From the human T2T-CHM13v2.0 reference genome, Homo sapiens, in NCBI RefSeq assembly GCF_009914755.1, contig NC_060930.1: a DNA stretch of 64,000 nucleotides; one strand, given 5' to 3'. The notes under the pieces were generated by a model. The model made no database searches. It had not been told where the DNA came from and worked only from the letters and a program-made list of their open reading frames with translations. The first letter of the stretch is position 1. Each line of letters begins with the position of its first letter. Below, piece by piece: positions 60,191 to 64,000 of this stretch. Made by a program: the position numbers and the translations under genes.

Positions 60191-61984
60191 GGTTGGTGGA
60201 AGCTACTCTTTAATCAATGGAAATGATTCTTTATGTTGGAGGTGGCCACAAAGAGAGATTCCATCCCCAAGACTGGAAGTCACACGTCCCTTTTTTGTAG
60301 GGAAAAGACAGTCTGTTTTGAAGGAACACCACCTTGGAGGAAAGCTTATTCCTGTAGTATTTGGACTTTCATCCTCATATCGAGATATGAGAAAATTGTT
60401 TTGTTCATTTATACAATCCCTGCTGGAAAGTGTTGCCAGAAATAAACAAGCTCTCAGGAGCAAATGATTCATTTCTCATCTACTCAGATGACATCTGGTT
60501 TAAGTGTGATGAATACATGCTTGTTTAAATCATGTGGTGACGGTGATGCTATCTGACAGAAATGTGTGCAAATATTTGGGGAATCCCTTAAGTGCCTGCT
60601 ACCAAAGGGTGAGCTTATTTAACAGGGGGAAAAGCACAAACTTCAGTCTATCAAATCAATGCTTGCATCCATTTCCTAAGGCTATAAGATTTGGAGCTAC
60701 AGCGGTCGCTCTATTTGAAGAGTAGGTGGCTATTTTGACATTAAATGTAGATGCCACTAGCAGCATGAGGATGTGAAACAAATGCTCAACGGTCACTGGG
60801 ACATTTAGGAAATAGCCTTTGAATAAAAGAAATGTCAAGTGACCCTACATGTTTGAATGGACTTCAGTACATTTAATGGTTTGGTTATTGTTTTTATTAC
60901 CTTCACAGTTATTCATTTAATAGTGTTTAGTGGATTGTGCTAAGCCAAACACAGAACACCGAGGAGGAAATGGAAGATGTGTGTCTGCCAGGGGACTTCA
61001 CATGGCCACAGGGGAAATAATCAGTCTTAACATAATGCTTGATTATTCAGATCCACACGGGACAGATGTGGCACATCCTGAAAAATGCATGGGCATTATC
61101 AGCTATTTTGAATTGTTCTTGCCAAGCCCACTCTTCCTATCCTGAATAACCTGAGAATTAGCAGTATTTAACTGAAATGTATTGAGAGTCATTTGTCTGA
61201 AGGGAATTTAAATTATATATAGAAATTCTAAGTTATCTGAATATTGAAAGTTGAAGGCTTATGCATAATGCACAACAATTGCTCGCTGAGTTAGGAATAA
61301 ACATTTACATGGAGAAAATCGTGTGAAACATGGCAAAGCATAAGGAATGCACGCTCGATATACAGCCCATTTAATAATATATGCAAAAAAAGAAAGAACA
61401 ACTATCTGTTTTATGCAGGCCATCAGTAGCTACTATTTGTGTAGCACTTTACAGTTTTTAAAATACTTTCCATGATTTATATCATGTGAGATGATGATCC
61501 TATTTTACACCAGGCAATTAATAATATTTTTCAACAATATAATTGGCATCTCAAATACATAGTTGTTTTCCTGAAATATCAATAAATAAAACCAATTTTA
61601 TGAGGCATTTATATAAAGTAGCCCCCAAATGTTTCATAATAATTGATTTTTACATATGAAGCCTATTATCTCTGTCATTATATTTTCTTCAAGTGATTTG
61701 TTGCTAATTTATGTTTGGAATGATGGGGAGGTCTATAGACAGCATTGAAGTGGGCATTTTATCGTGGAACCAAAAATATACCAGTTTATCACATATTTCA
61801 GAATTTTTCAAGCGTGTCCTTAAGCATTAATGGTAATAGAGTAAATGTGCAGTGAGCAGAAATCATCTCTGCTCAAATGAGAATGAGCTTCAGTTAATGG
61901 GAAGAGGTTTGGTGATTGTAGGTTGGAACAGCGTCTTTGAATACCTTCACCAGACTAGATTTTATAAGAGTACAAAATGCAGAG

Positions 61985-62210
61985 GAGTGCATATAAATAT
62001 GTGGATGTGTGTGTGCATGTGCATGTAGGGTGCATAGAATAAAAACTGGAAGGGTACACACAACTGACGAGGAACTCTCTGGGAAGTGCAGTGTAAATGG
62101 GAAGGTGATGGAAAGGGATTTTTTTTTTTTACTCCATATACTTCTATATTATTTCAATGATTTTTGCAATGAGAATATAGTCATTTACTACTTTTGTAAA
62201 AATTTTAAAA
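61985..62210 (+). mobile_element. Old L1ME 3' end fragment
   Basis: GCATAGAA..CTGGAAGGGTACACAC..TTTTGCAATGAG..TACTTTTGTAA. Confidence 0.5.
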
Positions 62211-62397
62211 ATAAGCCTAAAATGCACCATGATGCCGAGAATTAAAAATGGACCAATCTGGTCACATCTGCTTTTTTTTGTTTATTGGCTTGTAAAGGAA
62301 TTTTCTGGTTTTTCCTCAGATAGACGTGGTTCCGAGCATCTAGGGATGGAGACTCTCCATTTTTGGCCTTTCTTATCTCATTTGCTGTATTTCTGTT

Positions 62398-62585
62398 CAG
62401 TGGTGTGCTATTAACTGTTGAACAGCTGGATCCTGGGATAGGAAGGAAGATCCAATTTGTAGCATTTGCTGATACCTGTGGTGTAAATATTTTCAAAGTA
62501 GCCAATTTTCAACTACCAATCTGATGTCAAGCAGCTCACAAAATCTCTAGAAATTGTCAATTGGCTGTCATTCCAGTGGCTCAAA
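62398..62585 (+). mobile_element. MER63-like hAT remnant
   Basis: CAGTGGTGTGCT start, TGTGGTGTAAATA, CTACCAA..TGATGTCA. Confidence 0.45.
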
Positions 62586-63469
62586 TCGTGGTGTCTAACG
62601 CCTTGATTCTCCTCCAAAAGGATGCTCTTTTGGACTGAGTATCAGATTTCTGAAAACCTATACTGTTAGAAGGGAAGGTTCAGGACAGAGAAAGAGGAAG
62701 ATTCATTGGATAATTCTTTAGCCAACCAAGAGTGGAACTGGAGGCCCGAAGGCTGAGTCTTCCAGAGCCTACCACCAGATTGAAGTGGCAGCTGCCAGTC
62801 TTCCCACAGTGCCAACGGGCACATTCCCAACCCAGTAGTGCCAATATAGAAGAAAGTAGGCCTCAAGTTCTTCATTTATAAAATGGAAATAATAATTCAA
62901 TGAAAGGCTAAGAACTATAAATCACTTAGAAAAAAAGTGTTATATTTAAATATTTGCACCCAAAGATGTTTTCTTCTTCAAATCAACACTTCTGAAAGCT
63001 TTCCAACTTTCTCCAAATGGAGCATAGTATGATTCTACAGCTTTGTGTTCTCGTTCCGATCAATTCTAAAACAATCTTAAGTCAATCTTAGAGACAAGGA
63101 AGGGTATTCTCTGGACCTCTAAACAGCTTCCTCTTTCAAGGCAGGTTACACTAAAGGACAAGCTAGCCTAACAGTGTGCTTTTGGCATAGCCTGGTCAAG
63201 GACAACTAGGGGTTTTGACTTAATTAAGATAAGGCTTCTTTCAAGTGACTGCTTGGAAGTCAACAGAGGAGACTTGGGGTAGATCTCATCTTCGTGCTCA
63301 AAGGGCAGAAGCTGAGAGCAAAGAATGGTGTTTGAGGCTTTTGGCAATAAGGGATTGAATGATGAGAACTTTTTGCCCTGTCCCCGACCCATAGATGAGA
63401 GGAGGATGCTTATTTCTATGTGACGCCAACCTGTAGCAAGTGGGAATATGTAGACCGATTTCATCTACA

Positions 63470-63941
63470 ACCAGGGAAGTGGCTGATTGACTACAAATTA
63501 GACATCTTGATGTCAGTAGAGGTTATTTAAGTGATACAGACTAAGAAAAGCACATTGACACAGTCAGCACAGGATAACATAGATTCTCTGTGAGGCTGAC
63601 TTCGCCCAGTATCCAGCAGTGGCTGTGTAAGAAATCCTGGTCTCTGTCTGCTGGCTGCACTGCTCTCTGGAGAAGCACGCACAAGAAAGAAGCGTTTGAT
63701 TTGGAGATGATGGGGCGGAGAGGTAGCCGGAAGAATGTCTTCACCTGAGTTTGCTTTGGTCGCTTGTTGAACATGCTGGCTCCACAGGAAGATTAGACCT
63801 TTCTTGTTTGTTCGGAGCAAGCATTCAGAACACCCAGGGCCCTCAGCCTCCTACAGCCGCTGGGCAGGTAAAGGGGAAGCCTGATGCCTTGCCCTGAACT
63901 AAGGGGCTTCGTTAAAATTTCTCTTTTTCTCTCTCCTGTAG
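63470..63941 (+). promoter_or_regulatory. Candidate promoter/enhancer with adjacent splice signals
   Basis: TGATGTCA (63508), TATTTAA (63524), GGGGCGG and CCGGAAG (~63712-63733), local CpG rise, donor CAG|GTAAAG (63867/8), acceptor at 63941. Confidence 0.3.
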
Positions 63942-64000
63942 TCTACCTTGAACTAGACTGATGGTTGTGTTTATTCTTTGGTCTCTGTGTGCTTTTGTTT

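Overview
This is a primate (human-like), AT-rich, repeat-dense genomic window with no credible protein-coding exon, RNA gene or CRISPR array. All long ORFs are L1 ORF2 remnants or Alu/L2/LTR artefacts. Much of the window is transposon-derived: L1PA3/5/8/13-like LINEs, 11 Alus, MaLR/ERVL LTRs, MER30/Tigger3/MER53 DNA elements, and MIR/L2/CR1 fragments. Young L1s and Alus lie mostly on the - strand, which suggests a very long intron of a + strand gene. The standout is near the centre, in a repeat-free island: a complete recursive-splicing (ratchet point) architecture. It has a branch point (33411-33416), a pyrimidine tract and TAG|GTAAGT (33441-33449), then a 48-nt RS-exon closed by CTG|GTAAGT (33489-33497), with a TGCATG just downstream. 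Other notable items are a three-layer Alu/L1PA5/L1PA3 composite with a twin-priming inversion and apparent homologous resolution, probable gene conversion between L1 copies, a cryptic degenerate 25-bp array, and a candidate promoter/short-intron unit at the right end. Subfamily names come from recalled consensus sequences, not a database search, and the host gene is not identified.
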